64,000 nt of DNA from positions 1 through 64,000 of the forward strand of contig NW_021833122.1 of the NCBI RefSeq assembly GCF_006345805.1, read 5' to 3'. Source of the DNA: Octopus sinensis (lineage: Eukaryota). Positions 1 through 13,912 of this stretch are shown here, one piece after another. Numbering within the stretch: the stretch's first letter is position 1; each line of letters begins with the position of its first letter. The notes beneath the pieces are model-generated. The model was not told the origin of the DNA. It did no database searches and worked only from the letters and a program-made list of their open reading frames with translations. The position numbers and the translations under genes were made by a program.

Positions 1-59
1 TCGACTTGCGGTTCCCTAGTCAATATTAGTTGAGCATTTCTTTTAAAACTTCTACCAAG

Positions 60-300
60 CCCCAAAATAACAAACTGACGTAGTTACTTGAGGCGTGAAA
101 GAAAAGTCGTTACAATGACGTTAGTCAACTGCACTGAAGATGGAAATATCTCTTGCAAAATCAGCAAGAAGGAGAATATCTATGTGCAGCTACGGCAACA
201 GCTATCTCTCTACCTTGACTGTAGAATCACATTTATATCAATAATTACTGGAGCTCTTGGTTATGTCAGTAAATGTCGCAGTGGTAATTGAGAGAAGCTA
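60..300 (+). mobile_element. Degraded Dong/R4-like LINE 3' fragment (endonuclease C-terminus)
   Basis: KISKKENIYVQL...FISIITGALG resembles the EK..KY..L...IPIIVGALG end of the intact copy at 45039-46151. Confidence 0.45.
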
Positions 301-539
301 ATATATTCTAAAAAAAACTGACCGAGACACACGGATTTTACCCAATACAATCTGTAAGCTGACTATTCTTAAAGATCGATTTCTAATAAATATATATATG
401 ATCGAAAAACCAGCGGTAGCACTTTTCTTTGTTTTAAACTAGTTGCCTCCTTTTAAGAAGAATACTAATAAAATTGGGAAGTGTAAACAACATACATACG
501 TTCATACGCAGACACGCACGCACACACATACTCACATAC

Positions 540-548
540 ATGCACACA

Positions 549-610
<62 letters not shown>
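540..610. repeat. (CA)n microsatellite
   Basis: Direct reading. Confidence 0.95.
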
Positions 611-615
<5 letters not shown>

Positions 616-1029
616 ACTTATATATACACAGACAAATATATGCAATGCTTTGCTTATGTAACATGGAAATATATTTCTTACCATTGATGTTCATTCGATA
701 GAGAATTTCGTAAGTAATGGAAATATCTATCGATCCATGGAGTAGGTAGATTCCTCCGCTTGTTTTGATGCTGAAAAAGCCACCGCTGTAACAAATATAT
801 TAGAAGTGATGAATGTAATAAACATTTTCATAGTTGGAGAATTTTACGATTGTATTTACGGCACCAAGTTTCTTTTAATGAAATCGTTCTGTTTATCTTA
901 TTATCATTGAGAATATATCTGTTCGTGTTTGTTACTTATTACATAGAATATAAAATTTACAGTAATTTAGGGAAATCATATCTTATTATTTAGCACCAGT
1001 TCAGCTCTAAGCAAGCAGACCTACAATCA

Positions 1030-2215
1030 TTTCAGCCTCGGCTTTTATGTTATATTTGAGTTTTTCTGTGGTTTGTGAGTGCGATCGGTGCCATGCAAAA
1101 GAGAAATGGGGAGAGAAAGTCACATTGAAAGATGTCTAGTTTGATGTTGATGTTGTTAGATTCGCTTATAATATTACTATGGTTTACAGCGAGACTTGTG
1201 TTCCACTTGGCCATGCTATCATATATGAGCTTGGAGATGACAGGAGATTTCTTATATGTCTGAAGTGCCTTCAGTTGCCAACTATGTAGGATACTATCAA
1301 ATGCCTTCCAGTTGTCTATCCATGCCATACTCAGGTTTTTACTTTTTGCTCGGCAATTCTCTACATTCATTTTATTTATGGATAATTGATCTTTGCAACC
1401 ATAAGAATTCCTTTTATAACCTTTTTGCGCTTGTGGAAAAGTAGAGTTCTGTTCAAAGAAATCGTATATCTTTTCAGTTAGTATAAATGTAAGATTATTT
1501 TAGATGATGTTGAAACATGTTATTGATCAGTAGTTATTTGGATTTTTCTGTCTTTAGATGTTGGTACAAGGTATGTTGTTCCTTCAGTCAACCAGGCAGG
1601 TTTTTGCTCTGGGTTCTGGACAACATCAGTAAGAGATGCAACGTATTTTTGCTGTAATTCTGTCAAAATTCAACTTGAATCTATGAATCCGGTCTAGTCC
1701 TGGGTTTTATAAAATTTCTTTGCATCCTGTATTGTCGATAACATTTCATTCTTTTATCATACTTTCTAAGCTGCAGGGCCTTCAGCGGTATTCGCTGTTT
1801 CAATAGTTCCTTGGTTGCAGGGAGGTTTATATTATTTCAAATTTTCCTTGATTTCCTAGCTCCTTTTGCCTGTGCAAGGAGGTTAATTTTTGTGTTTAGC
1901 AGGGCTGTATAGAAATCTTTCAACACATATCTATAATCCTCTCCAATCCATTTTACGCACTTTGCTTTTGATGATGTATTTGATGGCCTTAAAGCATTCA
2001 CGGTGACAATGAGAGAGATGTCTGCCTGTTCAGCGTTGATTTTTACATGATATCACTTCCTTGTTCTTCGAATGGATAGATTTGTCATATCGCAGGCTAA
2101 TCGATAAATATTTAACGCTACTTTTTGGTAACTACAATTTAGGAAAAATCTGTTTCTTGATGTTTTAAACTGAGTAACTAATTTCCTCCATTTTACATTC
2201 GTTTGCGTGAAGCAT
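1030..2215 (-). mobile_element. Degraded Dong/R4-clade LINE RT fragment
   Basis: AWIDNWKAFDSILHSW and DIFQCDFLSPFLFC correspond to AWIDYKKAFDSIPH and GIFQGDTLSPLLF of the copy at 43565. Confidence 0.85.
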
Positions 2216-2261
2216 CATCATCATCATCATCATCATCATCATTATTATTATTATTATTATT

Positions 2262-2373
2262 GAGTGAGCGAGCAGAGCATGCCATCAAAGTGACACTGGG
2301 GTAAAATATACGAAGCCCAGTATACCCATCATGACTACCCGTCTGATAAGGGTACACCAGGCACATGCATCAC
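2262..2373 (-). mobile_element. Short 3'-end copy of the non-coding (AAT)n-tailed repeat at 6978-7533
   Basis: GAGTGAG..CATGCCATCAAAGTGACACTGGGGTAAAATATACGAAGC matches 6978 onward; same (CAT)n(ATT)n flank. Confidence 0.8.
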
Positions 2374-2414
2374 ATTATTATTATTATTATTATTATTATT
2401 ATCATTATTATTAT

Positions 2415-3078
2415 TGCCTTTACACAGCTTCTAACACTGGAGATGTACTACGGTTTCAGCTGTTCACAAGCAGTGAATTAAGGTAACACCTCTTAGTTTT
2501 CGAGCACCTTCCGGAGTATTCGAGCGCTTCCAAGCAGTGCTGTTTCCTGCAAGTGCTCCACCCTTATTGCAGCCCGTATTTGTTCCACGTACTTCTCAAG
2601 ATTTTTGTTCACTGTTCCCAGAGCTCCGACAATAATTGGTCCTACTGCTACCTTTTTCATCGACCACAACTACTTAACTTCCCAAGCTAACCTGTCATAT
2701 CTCTCGACTATTCTTTTTCCTTATCGTATACCTCGTTGTCAGCTGGGCATGTCATATCTATGATCCAGCATAGTTTCTTTTCTTCCTCAATTAAGACTAT
2801 GTCTGGCTTCCTATTCTCAATCTCATGGTCGCACTGAATCATAAAATTCCACAGGATCTTTACATTTCTATTTTCGACGATGCCTTCAATTTTGTGGTCG
2901 TACCAATTTTTTGCTTTGTCAATTCCATACTTGTTGCAAAGTGTCCAATGGACAAGCCTGGCTATATTGTCGTGGCGTCTCTTATATTCCTTCTGGGCTA
3001 GTGGCCTACATTGGCTGGAAATAGGCCATAGGTTTACATGCTGTAACCCATTAGAAGGGTTCCTGGTATCTTTTGAGT

Positions 3079-3080
<2 letters not shown>
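2415..3080 (-). mobile_element. Dong/R4-clade LINE 3' fragment (restriction-like endonuclease)
   Basis: Minus strand reads LAQKEYKRRHDNIARLVHWTLC..ILWNFMIQCDHEIENRKPDIV and ends EHLQETALLGSARILRKVL. Confidence 0.88.
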
Positions 3081-3084
<4 letters not shown>

Positions 3085-3130
<46 letters not shown>

Positions 3131-4680
3131 GTGTTTTACCTTCTTTCTTCAAATTTTCTTCAGTTTCTCGCCGAGTGTTTTCCATACATCTAGGGCAGAG
3201 AAGCTCATTGTATGCATTCCCAGATTACACGCGGAAATTCACAGATAAAATGTATATTTAAAAATTAATAAATAAATAAATTCATGGATGGATGTTGTTT
3301 ACACAACGATAATGCTCTTCTCAGTACATGAGCCGTTCCAGTTAATACGCTTTTCTGCACTTCCTGTAGGGATGGCAAGCCTGGAATCACTTTCAAATAG
3401 GTTTCAGTACCTTTTTTTATCATTCCTAGAGATCCTACAATTGCTGGTACTGTAGTCGCCTTGAGATGCCTCAGTTTTTCAATTTCTATTAACAAGTCTT
3501 TATATTTAGTAATCTTGTCAAATTCTTTCGCCGCTATATTGTGATCGCAAGGAATACTCATGTCAATTAATAAACACATCTTTTTTGTCTGATCTTTTAT
3601 TATAATATCCGGTTTATTAGCTTTTATAGTCTTGTCGGTCCGTACGGGGAAGTTCCATAGACTCGACACATTTTCTCCCTCAGTCACAACTTCAGGATGG
3701 TGTTTATACCATTTGTCAGCGGTTTTGATTTTATAATGCCGACATATTGTCCAATGTAAATACTAGCCGTCTCTTTCATGTCTTGCTTTATATTCTGCAG
3801 GCGCTAAGGCTCTACACCCTGAGATTAGGTGGTCTATTGTTTCAATCTCATCGTTACAGAATCGGCCTTTTGGGTGAGCTCCATTTTATATCACATTGGT
3901 TGGTAGTTCCGGGTTAATAAGCTTTAGTTTTGAGCAGCTAATATGAAACATTCACTCTCTACTTTTAGCCCTGAACTTCGTAACCATTGGTGCGTGTGTT
4001 TCTGGTCGACATCAGCTTGTTTGCTACGGGCCACATACTTGCCATGGAGAGGTTTCTGTTCCCATCTGCTAGCTAATTTTTCATGCGCTTTGCAATTAAT
4101 TTTCTTTTCTTTGCAGCTGCAGTTGGTGCATTTCCTTCAGCCTGCTCAATCTGGTGGGTATCTAAGAGATCAGCAGCGAAGTTTTTGCTCTCTTTGAGAA
4201 TAGAGTGAAGTTTTTTTAGGTCTTTCATGTTTTTCAACAAGTTTTAGCATCCAATCGTTGGTTGCTTCAAGGTATTTGGCCAGTCCGATTGTGGTGGTTT
4301 TGTATGTAAGTTCAAGCTGGATCAAACTTCGTCCTCCCTGAGCTCTGGGAAGGTAAAGACGATCCACGTCTGTCTTTGGATGGTGTATCTTATTACAAGT
4401 CAGTAGCTTGCGGGTTTTTCTGTCAATTTTCATTATTTCACTGATATTCCAGTTAAGCACATTGAAGTTATAAAGAACAACTGGGACTGCTAAGGAATTT
4501 ATGGCCAACACCTTATATATGCATTCAGCTCAGACTGCAGGACTGCTCGAACATTCCTTCCTAACCTTGTCTTTCATGCTTGCATGCTGGATACCAGAGC
4601 CTTCATTTATTCCTAGGTATTTATAGGTTTCTTCCTGCTCATGAGGCCCCTGTATGAAGATTAGTGGTTAATGTTTTTCT
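3085..4680 (-). mobile_element. Dong/R4-clade LINE A, 3' segment (RT C-terminus, RLE, 3' UTR, (TAA)n tail)
   Basis: ETYKYLG, INSLAVPV, HHPKTDVDRLYLPRAQGGR, KANKPDII, CLLIDMSIP, GTAHVLRRAL; tail at ~3083-3131. Confidence 0.92.
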
Positions 4681-4699
4681 TTCTTTTCTTTCCTTTTTT

Positions 4700-6938
4700 A
4701 ATGAAAACTTAATAATAATTTAACTTTACTTGAAAAGAAAATTTCTAACAGTACACCGAATCGTTTGTCCAATGGTTATACAGGAAGCGCGCCCGTCAGG
4801 AGGCTGCCAGCCTGATGGCGAAAAATTTTCAAATGGCAGAATATCTTCCACGAGTACGAACCTGGAAGGTCACTTAAACGGGATTTGTCCCAAATTAAGC
4901 CCCCAAATTTCACCACCACAACGACCAGAAAATCAAAAATCTAAAAGAACTAAATGGAACCGGGAAGAATATAAAGAAGTAATATATGCTTATTACTTTG
5001 CATTAAGTAGGCCAACCAACAGAAACACACTGCAAACTCCTACGGAATTTGGAGGAGCCGGAATCCAGCTAGCAGACCAAACCTGGATAAAAACAGATTA
5101 GCAAATGCTAGAAGAGATATCTTCAGAAATACCAGACTCACAGATACAGAATTAACCTCTATTAAAAGAAGTGGTAGAGAATGACCTAAATGTAAGTCAG
5201 GAAAGAAATAACGAAGCTGAGGAGAGCAATGTGGGGCCACAAGCATTTACTGAAAGACGACCATCTGCCGAAACGACTCAAGATCCTGAAGAAAAAGGAA
5301 AATATAATGATCCTAGAAAAACAGCCCGGAAATAATGTCGAAACAGAATTTGAAGACCACATGTTTGCTGAACAACACTGAATATCTATCATTGAAATAA
5401 TGCAAGAAGTTCTGAATGAGCTTGCAGTTGTAGGGCATACAACTATGAATGATAGGGAACCACTCCATAAACTCTCAAATGCACATCAACATAAAACACA
5501 AATAAAATTGGCAACTGCGTTACACAAGAAATCATACAACAACTAAAACCCGATCTTAATAATTAAATGAAATTATTTACTCTGTCGCTAAGGTAATCGA
5601 AAGACGCTGTTTAACACCCCAAACCCAACAATACCAAATTCGAAAAGAAAATCAAACTGGAGGAGTAGAATTAAAACTGAAATTGAATCATTGCGCAGGG
5701 AGATATCAATATTAACTGAGCTAATTTCTGAAAATGATGTAAGATCAAGAAAAGGCAGGAAGATTGTGAGAAAATATGGACACTCAACAAGAGAACTAAT
5801 GTCAGCGAAAGAAACACTTAAACAAAAAGTTCAAGCAAAAGCTCAGAGAATACGCAGATTTGAGAAAAGAATCAAATTCTACAAACAAAATAAGATGTCC
5901 AAATCCAATGACAAATCACTTTACAGGGAAATAGGGAAAAAAAGTAACCTCTGAAAATCCACCCCTAATGGAAGAAGTTGAAAATTTTTGGAAGGGGATC
6001 TGAAGTGATGAGAAACCATAGAATGAAAATGCAGAGTGGATCAAACGCACCCAAGATGACTACAAAAACCTGCAAGAACAGGTATGGGAAGACATCTCAA
6101 TCGCCGACCTAAGGAGAGCACTTACGAAGGCTCATAAGTGGGACTCCCCTGGTATTGATAGAGTACCAAATTTCTGGCTCTCATCACTCTAGTCCGCACA
6201 CAAGATGTTAGTAATACTATTTAATAGTATTAGGAAAGACCCGGAAAAAACTCCCCATTGGATGGCAAATGGTATTACTTACCTCCTCCCCAAAAATAAC
6301 AAAACGAAGACCCTAAAAACTACCGGCCTATAACATGTTTATCTACTACCTATAAGATTTTGACATCTATTCTAGTAGAGAAAACATATACGTTTATGGA
6401 AGAGAATAACCTTTTTCCCACAGAACAAAAAGGATGCAGACGAGGCTCTTCAGAACTGCCATAACAAGCGCAGATATCTCAGCTCTTCATGGATTGATTA
6501 TAAAAAAGTCTTTGACAGCATACCGGATTCGTGGATTCTGAAATCGCTGGACATTTTCAAAATTTCTCCTGTGATTTCAGATTTTTTAAAGTATAATATG
6601 TCACTATGGAACACAAAGCTCCAATTACATCATTCTAATGGAGTATTGCGCTTAAACAATATTAGCATAAACTGTGGAATTTTCCAAGGTGACTCACTTA
6701 ATTTTCTGCATAACACTAATACCACTCTCAAGTGAACTGAATAGAACAGGATATGGCTACAAAATTGACAACAGGAAAATAAGCTATCTATTTTATAGGG
6801 ATTATTTAAAGCTATATGGCAAAGATGATGAAGAGCTTGAAGGATTATTACATACTGTGAAAGAATTCAGTGATGATATCGGGATGGAGTTTGGCATTGA
6901 AAAGTGTTCCAAAGTCACTTTTAAGAAAGGGAAATTGC
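4700..6938 (+). mobile_element. Dong/R4-clade LINE A, 5' segment (N-terminal region and RT), inverted relative to its 3' segment
   Basis: RTKWNREEYKEVIYAYY, KQKVQAKAQRIRRF, degraded YRPITCL and GIFQGD, ends FGIEKCSKVTFKKGKL at ~6938; several stops and frameshifts. Confidence 0.9.
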
Positions 6939-6977
6939 ATCATCATCATCATCATCATCATTATAATTATTATTATT

Positions 6978-7533
6978 GAGTGAGAGAACAGTGCATGCCA
7001 TCAAAGTGACACTGGGGTAAAATATACGAAGCGCAGCATACACATCATGACTACCCGTCTGGTAAGGGTACGCTAGGCACATGCATCACAACCATATGTG
7101 CACCACATGGTGATCTCATATCAAGATAAACAGTGCATGACCTTGCAGGTGGAGCCCATATAGAATTTTCTTCTGGTCGAGTAACCCATCCCGCTCAAAA
7201 TGTCCCTGAATAAGAGTTGTTTAAGGATGTTGAACGAACCACCCATGTTTCCAAAGGTGGATTATCCAAACCTCTAAGATTTCCTTTCATCACACAGCTA
7301 TGATGCTCCCTCACTACTTCTGCTCGTGATCAGAGATGTACATATCGTCAGCCACTAACGGACACGCTCAACTGGTTATGGTCAAACAACTGACAAGAAA
7401 ATCTGTGGTATTGAGCAGAATATTTGCTGTATCCCATCTTTTATACAGAGACAAAACAATGTACATGATAACACTTCCAATGAGCTAAGATCAGAAGCCA
7501 CGAGAGCCACTGTCTGGTACTGCATCAGGGCAG
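6978..7533 (-). mobile_element. Non-coding interspersed repeat with (AAT)n/(GAT)n tail, flanked by ATT repeats on both sides
   Basis: No ORF; second partial copy at 2262-2373. Confidence 0.65.
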
Positions 7534-7708
7534 ATTATTATTATTATTATTACTATTACTATTATTATTACTATTATTACTACTATTACTATTATTATTA
7601 CTATTATTATCATCATCATCACCACCACCACCACACCACCACCACCATCATCATCATTATTATTATTACTATTACTATTACTATTACTATTACTATTACT
7701 ACAACTAC

Positions 7709-7791
<83 letters not shown>

Positions 7792-7821
7792 TGATCATTA
7801 TCATTATAATTATTATTATTT
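7534..7821. repeat. Compound trinucleotide microsatellite (ATT/ACT/ATC/ACC/AGT)
   Basis: Direct reading. Confidence 0.95.
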
Positions 7822-9650
7822 AACTATTCAACATTTGGTAGATTGAGGCTAATTTGGTGGGGTTTTTTCCTCATTATGATAACTAAGATGTTTGCTTTTA
7901 TTTCTTTCTCGGTTTGAACAGCCATATCCCAGATGATTGTCGCTTTGTCGTTGTCTTGTACCTTATTTGGCACATCCTTATACTCTCTAGTGTCAGTTCT
8001 ACTGTTGTGATATTGGCATGTTGCCCAGAGGATATAACTGCTGACTTTATCTCTATCTGTATATATATTCAAATTTGGCACGAGACGCTGCGGTCAACTG
8101 GCTCATTGTGCTGCTTGCACATTCTGCATTTGCTTTAGCGGGTCTGTTTTCATTATTGTGTTTTTATAAATGTTTGTATTCAGGCATTGGTCTTGTGCAG
8201 TGAGAAACATTACTTCCATATCACCTTGTAATCTAAAGCTTTTGGACCGTCGTTGGCTTTTAATGAGGCTCACTTTCTTTCCGTCAAGTCTTGCAGGGTA
8301 TTAGCCATGGAGTGATTTTTCTTTCCATTTCTTCTTCAGTATCTTCTGTAATTTTGTTTTCATGTTGTTTTCTGTCTCTTTGACCATTTCTTCTATGTTT
8401 TCATCTGAGGCTATTTAAGTATTTTGTCACCTCGTTGTGAAATAGAGAAAAGCGTTTTCTTCTTGTCGCGATGCTTTACTTAATGTAATAGACTTCCACT
8501 CTTTGTCTCTAAGTACTTTCCTAGTCTGAATGTTGTTATTTTATAGTAGATCTCTATCTGTATCAGAACAGAGCCTCCTTCTGAGTGGAGTTGATATATT
8601 CTGTCTGCGTCTGCTTTGGCGTGGTGACTTCGGTACACTGTTAGTAGTTTTCTGTTTTCTACCCCCACCCATCTAGGTTTCTCAATTCACTGATCTTTCA
8701 GTTTATTTTGTTAAAACTGTATTTTTGATTGGTATGGCCAGCATGTTTATCCCCTGTTTCGTTTGTTTCTAGAAATGTGTATTGGTGGTTGTGATCTAAT
8801 TCTCTAATTTCTGTGTCTATGTCGTGTGCTGTGTTTTCAGGGCTAAATAATTTGCCTCTACTCAGTGTGACTGTGGCACATTTGTACAACCCACTGCTCA
8901 TTCCGATGTCATTGCTGAAATTATGAATTATATAACTAAATTGCTGAAGTGGTTGGCCTCTTATCTATAGATAAAGATTTATTTTATTTAAACTCCTATC
9001 AAATAAATTTATGATTATTTTGAATTCTCTATTTAGTTGCATAAGCGTTTCCGTTTTTCATAAAGTTTTATGCGCCAAATTTTCCTACTATGCCCTGTTT
9101 AACATTTCCTATCACCTCCCAGGTATCTTCTTAATTTTTGCGTTGCATTATTTTGTTATATGGGCCTTATTTCATTTTATTTTGATCCCGTTTTCCCGAA
9201 TTTACAAAGTAATGATAAGACTTTTTTGTTTCTGATTTTTAAAAATTATGATCCGTTTCCATTTTCGAGACTGAGATCTGGCTGGCATTGTATTTTCCTT
9301 GTAGGGATTTTGGGTCCAGTTTCCAGATCAACTCATTTAGTTTATTGATATCTAGTGTATATTTTGATATGTTGATTATTTCTTACAAGGGTCTGTTGTA
9401 TCTATTTATCATTTTACAGAGCTGTTTATTATCATTCTTTTTGTAGCCTGGGGTGACGTTCACGTTGGTTCACATGTATCGACTGTTTGATGTTTAGTTC
9501 TACTTTCGTTATTTGTTCAGTCGCTTCGACACCCTCATCGGTTATAGCTGCTCTGTTATGTTGTGTGTTATTTTGTTTGTTGTTATTTTGTGCTGTGTCT
9601 GTGCCTGTGTATAAGTGTTGTTAAGTTGCTGTCCTGTTCTATTTATTTAT
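7822..9650 (-). mobile_element. Old, internally deleted Dong/R4 LINE (left arm)
   Basis: KCATVTLSRGKL, HHAKADADRIY, ATIIWDMAVQTEKEIKAN; upstream part is degraded N-terminal region, RT core appears missing. The 9.0-9.65 kb part is less certain. Confidence 0.75.
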
Positions 9651-10046
9651 GATATTATTATTATAATTAATATTATTATTATTACAATTAGTATATTTGT
9701 TTTATTGCGTGTTAAAGAATTTTGATCTCGGGAGAAACAACCCAATTTCTGTAATGAGGATGAAATACCCAAAATGTACCCCCACCATCATTTAAAAGAA
9801 ACAATCAGTGATGTGTCATACAATAAGCTATTTGTAGTTATTTTCGTTCCTCAATGCTTTGATTCCGAATCCCGCTACGATCATGCCTGATATCATTGTC
9901 CATAAAATAATACTAGTTAATTACTGATATCGACGTATCATAGTCGACTGTAACCTCCTACCAAAATATGCAACTGCCTAGACGAGAAATCATAGTTATC
10001 AGCAACGAATATCTATAATGCAAATAAATAAAATGTTAATATATAC

Positions 10047-10198
10047 CCATCATAAAACTTGTACGTTGCTGTTACATTTCCAAACCACGGTGTCGTAAGA
10101 AGCCGAGTGGGATTGAACCATTCCGTGCTACTTGAATTTTTTGCATTGAAAGTTAATGAGAGTATTTCAGTACTATTTTTTATCACGAAGAGTTTCAC
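10047..10198 (-). CDS. Internal coding exon, left copy (VKLFVIKNSTEILSLTFNAKNSSSTEWFNPTRLLTTPWFGNVTATYKFYDG)
   Basis: 152 nt; TTTTATTTGCAG acceptor; phase 0 start matches previous exon; GG|GTATAT donor. VK-L...F-N...WF...RLL..PW pattern recalls an uncharacterised domain common in mollusc proteins. Confidence 0.7.
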
Positions 10199-12092
10199 CT
10201 GCAAATAAAATTTCGAATGAAATCAAATAGAAATTTGACAAGGAAGGCGAGAATGAGAGAGATTGAGAAAGGGAGGGGGCGTGACGCAGATGGAGAGAAA
10301 AGTATGGGTACAGATGGACTGCTCATCAGAGGGCAAGTGAGAGGTGGAGAGTGACAATGAGGAAATGGAGAAAGACTGTTGTATGAGAGTAATGACAAGA
10401 GAAATATTTAGTGGAAGCCTTAAGAGAGAGAAGATTCTGGAAAAAAATATGCGTGTATTTTTGTTCAATGTATAAGAGGTGGAAATGGACAATAGATTAC
10501 TAACGTTTGACTTAAATTGTGTAAATTCAAGTGTGTCTGTAGGACAGATTCTTTGTTTTTATTCTGTGAACCACGATTCACAGAATAATGATGAATGGAT
10601 ATGAAAATGAATTCCTGGAAATTATTGTTTTCAAACCCTTCATGTTCTGATTAGCAGTGGTTTTATCCCCATTACTGTAATAAGGTGAAAACACAGTACG
10701 GAGAAGATCTGGATCCTTTCTATAATATGCATAAACCATCGATACATAGATTCATACATACTGTTGGAGGAGAAACATCATGACCATCCCCACGTGACCA
10801 AAATTGGACTGGTGTTTTTCAATGAAATAAAGAAACTGTGTGAACTGTCAACAATTGACTGTCGGCAGTCGATGGCGGGCAATCCTCAGCGTTGATCGTC
10901 AGTATTGGATTACACTATTAGTATATTATCGTATCGACGTTTGGTGTGGTACAGAATACATTCTGGGTGAACAAATTAATTCTGCGAAAGTCCATTGTAG
11001 ATAACTATATACGAATATTTATTTGGGTAATACTATTCCTACAATCTTTCGCACACCCGAACGTCGTCATAATAATATCTGAGAAGAGATGAAGACAGTC
11101 AGAGAAAATATTTTATAACATTCCATACGGTTCTCTACCTTCAGAATCTCAACCCTAGCGAAGTCAATTTACTGCTTCATCCTTTCGAATTTGATAAAAC
11201 CATTTCCAATTACAGTTGCGTCGATTGCAGACGATAAATGAGTGTGTGCAGTACGGTAGAGAACCGTACGAAATGCCACAAATCATTTTGTCCGACGCTC
11301 TTTTGATTTTGCAAATTCACTAGCCTTGTGTTGGAATAGTCGATTCCATCGACTCCAGTACTAGACTGGTACTCTATTTTATCAATTCTGAAAGAAGGAA
11401 AGACAAGTTTGAGCCCGACGGTATTTGAACACAAATATTCAAAAGCAAAACTCTACAGGTCGAACGATTTGGCTTCTCATCTACTGTTGTATTTTTCCTT
11501 TTACCCTAAATATTCTCCCTGGTAGATGACAAAGGTTGGAAGATGTTCTAATCGTATAGGTTTCCCAAGATATTGTTTCTCGGGAAACAGGACCCAGTAG
11601 AAAGTTAATTTCTGATTTGTTCTAGATTTGGTTGTTATTTCCTCCAAATAAAAGGATCACGTAGCGTTTCCGTCGCAACTTGAACTTCTTTCTAAGTACT
11701 CATTTACGTCTAACATAACAAGAATGCTTGTGAATGTATGTGTGTGTGCTCGAATATAAGGGTACGTGTCTGTGCTTGTGTGTGTATGAGTGTGTGTGTG
11801 TGTTTTGAGCGTGCTTGTCTGTGAATGTGCGTGTGCATTTAGATGATCTCCAAGCAACTGGCATAGAAAGATATAAAAGAAAATAAGACACGTATCAAAA
11901 CCGAAGCATGTTTGACAACAGGATTTAAAAAGCAATAAAACCAAAAAAATGAAGAAACGAAATTACACACGCCATTGCAGTAACGACATGAACAACACAT
12001 AAAAGTTACATCCTTCAATACATAGCGAGCTGACTATTATGTTGACTGCTTTACGAAATGAAAATAATTTGGAAATTTTGAAAATTTATTAC

Positions 12093-12184
12093 CTTGTCGA
12101 CAGGCCAATCATCCCAGAACGTATCAAGGGGATTATTTTTAAACGTTTCATTGGTCAACTCATAAATTTTCACCCTGTTTCTGT
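12093..12184 (-). CDS. Internal coding exon, left copy (..RNRVKIYELTNETFKNNPLDTFWDDWPVDK)
   Basis: 92 nt; TTCATGCAG acceptor; AAG|GTAATA donor; phase 1 in, phase 0 out; open frame. Confidence 0.7.
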
Positions 12185-13031
12185 CTGCATGAATAATGAA
12201 TAATAAAATATTAAATGTAAAGGAACAGACAAGATTTTGGTGCACACTTTCATTAACGTTTTAAACAAAATATCTTATTTCCTACAGTACCGTGAAAAGT
12301 GCTGTGAAAAGTTCTGTATTAGTTTAAAATTTATTATATTCGATACACAATTTTCCCAAGCTTCGAATTCATTTTCAATTATAGTTTCTTTTACACAAAT
12401 TTCAGAGTTTGATACTAGACAGAAATAATAGAAATCTGTTATTGTTATTTATCACAAAATGAACTTTCAGTGAGAATCCCCCTGGAAGAATTTGTTCTAA
12501 CATGACCATTCCTTCCATCTGTCTTATTATTCCGATCTAGCATATCATTCGTTTCAAGATGATAGGATGTAATTTAAGGGAGATTTCTCTATTTCTAGCA
12601 GATAGAGCGACCTATGAAAGATGGTCCCTTTGAGCTGTTAGAGTTTTGACAATAAATGAGAGAGGTCATTCACATGTAAAATATCTGGTTTATTAATATT
12701 AGTTATGTAATTGATTACGACCCTCGTGCACGAATACCATTGGGAAACGACCTTTAAGCATTCTTTGAATGAAAAGATTTGTTAGGATATCGCATATATT
12801 GAACAATTAACTTGGATTCATTATTCTAACATTGAATAAATCTTTGGAATGAACTATTGTTTCTGTTTTCTTTTTGCTACGTTTATAAAGATTTGGTGCT
12901 GTCTCCATAACAATCATTTAGAAAGAAACATTTTCTTCTCTTACAGTTTACGAAACAATATATCTAATATGTTCTATGCCGGCAGGCATACGAAAAGTAG
13001 ATGCTTCTATATACCTATGTATGCATGTATC

Positions 13032-13558
<527 letters not shown>

Positions 13559-13698
13559 TATAGAGTAATATATATATGTAAATATATATATTTATATGCA
13601 TGTGTGTGTATGTATGTACGTATGTATGTATGTATGTGTGTATGTATGTATGTATTTATGTATGTATGTATGTATGCATGTACATATGTATGTATGTA

Positions 13699-13912
13699 TA
13701 CGAGGGCATGTAGAAAATTTCCTGGCTTTAAGAGACTCACGAAAGATCTGGTCGGTGATTCAAATCTCCGAGTTCTTTTACAGGGCTTACAAAAATTGAA
13801 ATGTCTGTGATTTAGATAACTGAGTATATTAAATAAATTCACGAGTAATTGATCCCCTACTCTTTCCTTTTACCTAATGCAAGGCACCTTTCAGCACTCC
13901 CTCATCTAACTC
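13699..13912. mobile_element. Mariner-derived MITE-like remnant (mirror 58421-58634)
   Basis: Starts TACGAGGGC..GAAAATTTCCTGGCTTT; degenerate inverted end TTTCAGCACTCCCTC; same TACGAGGG start as the mariner at 23962. Confidence 0.5.
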
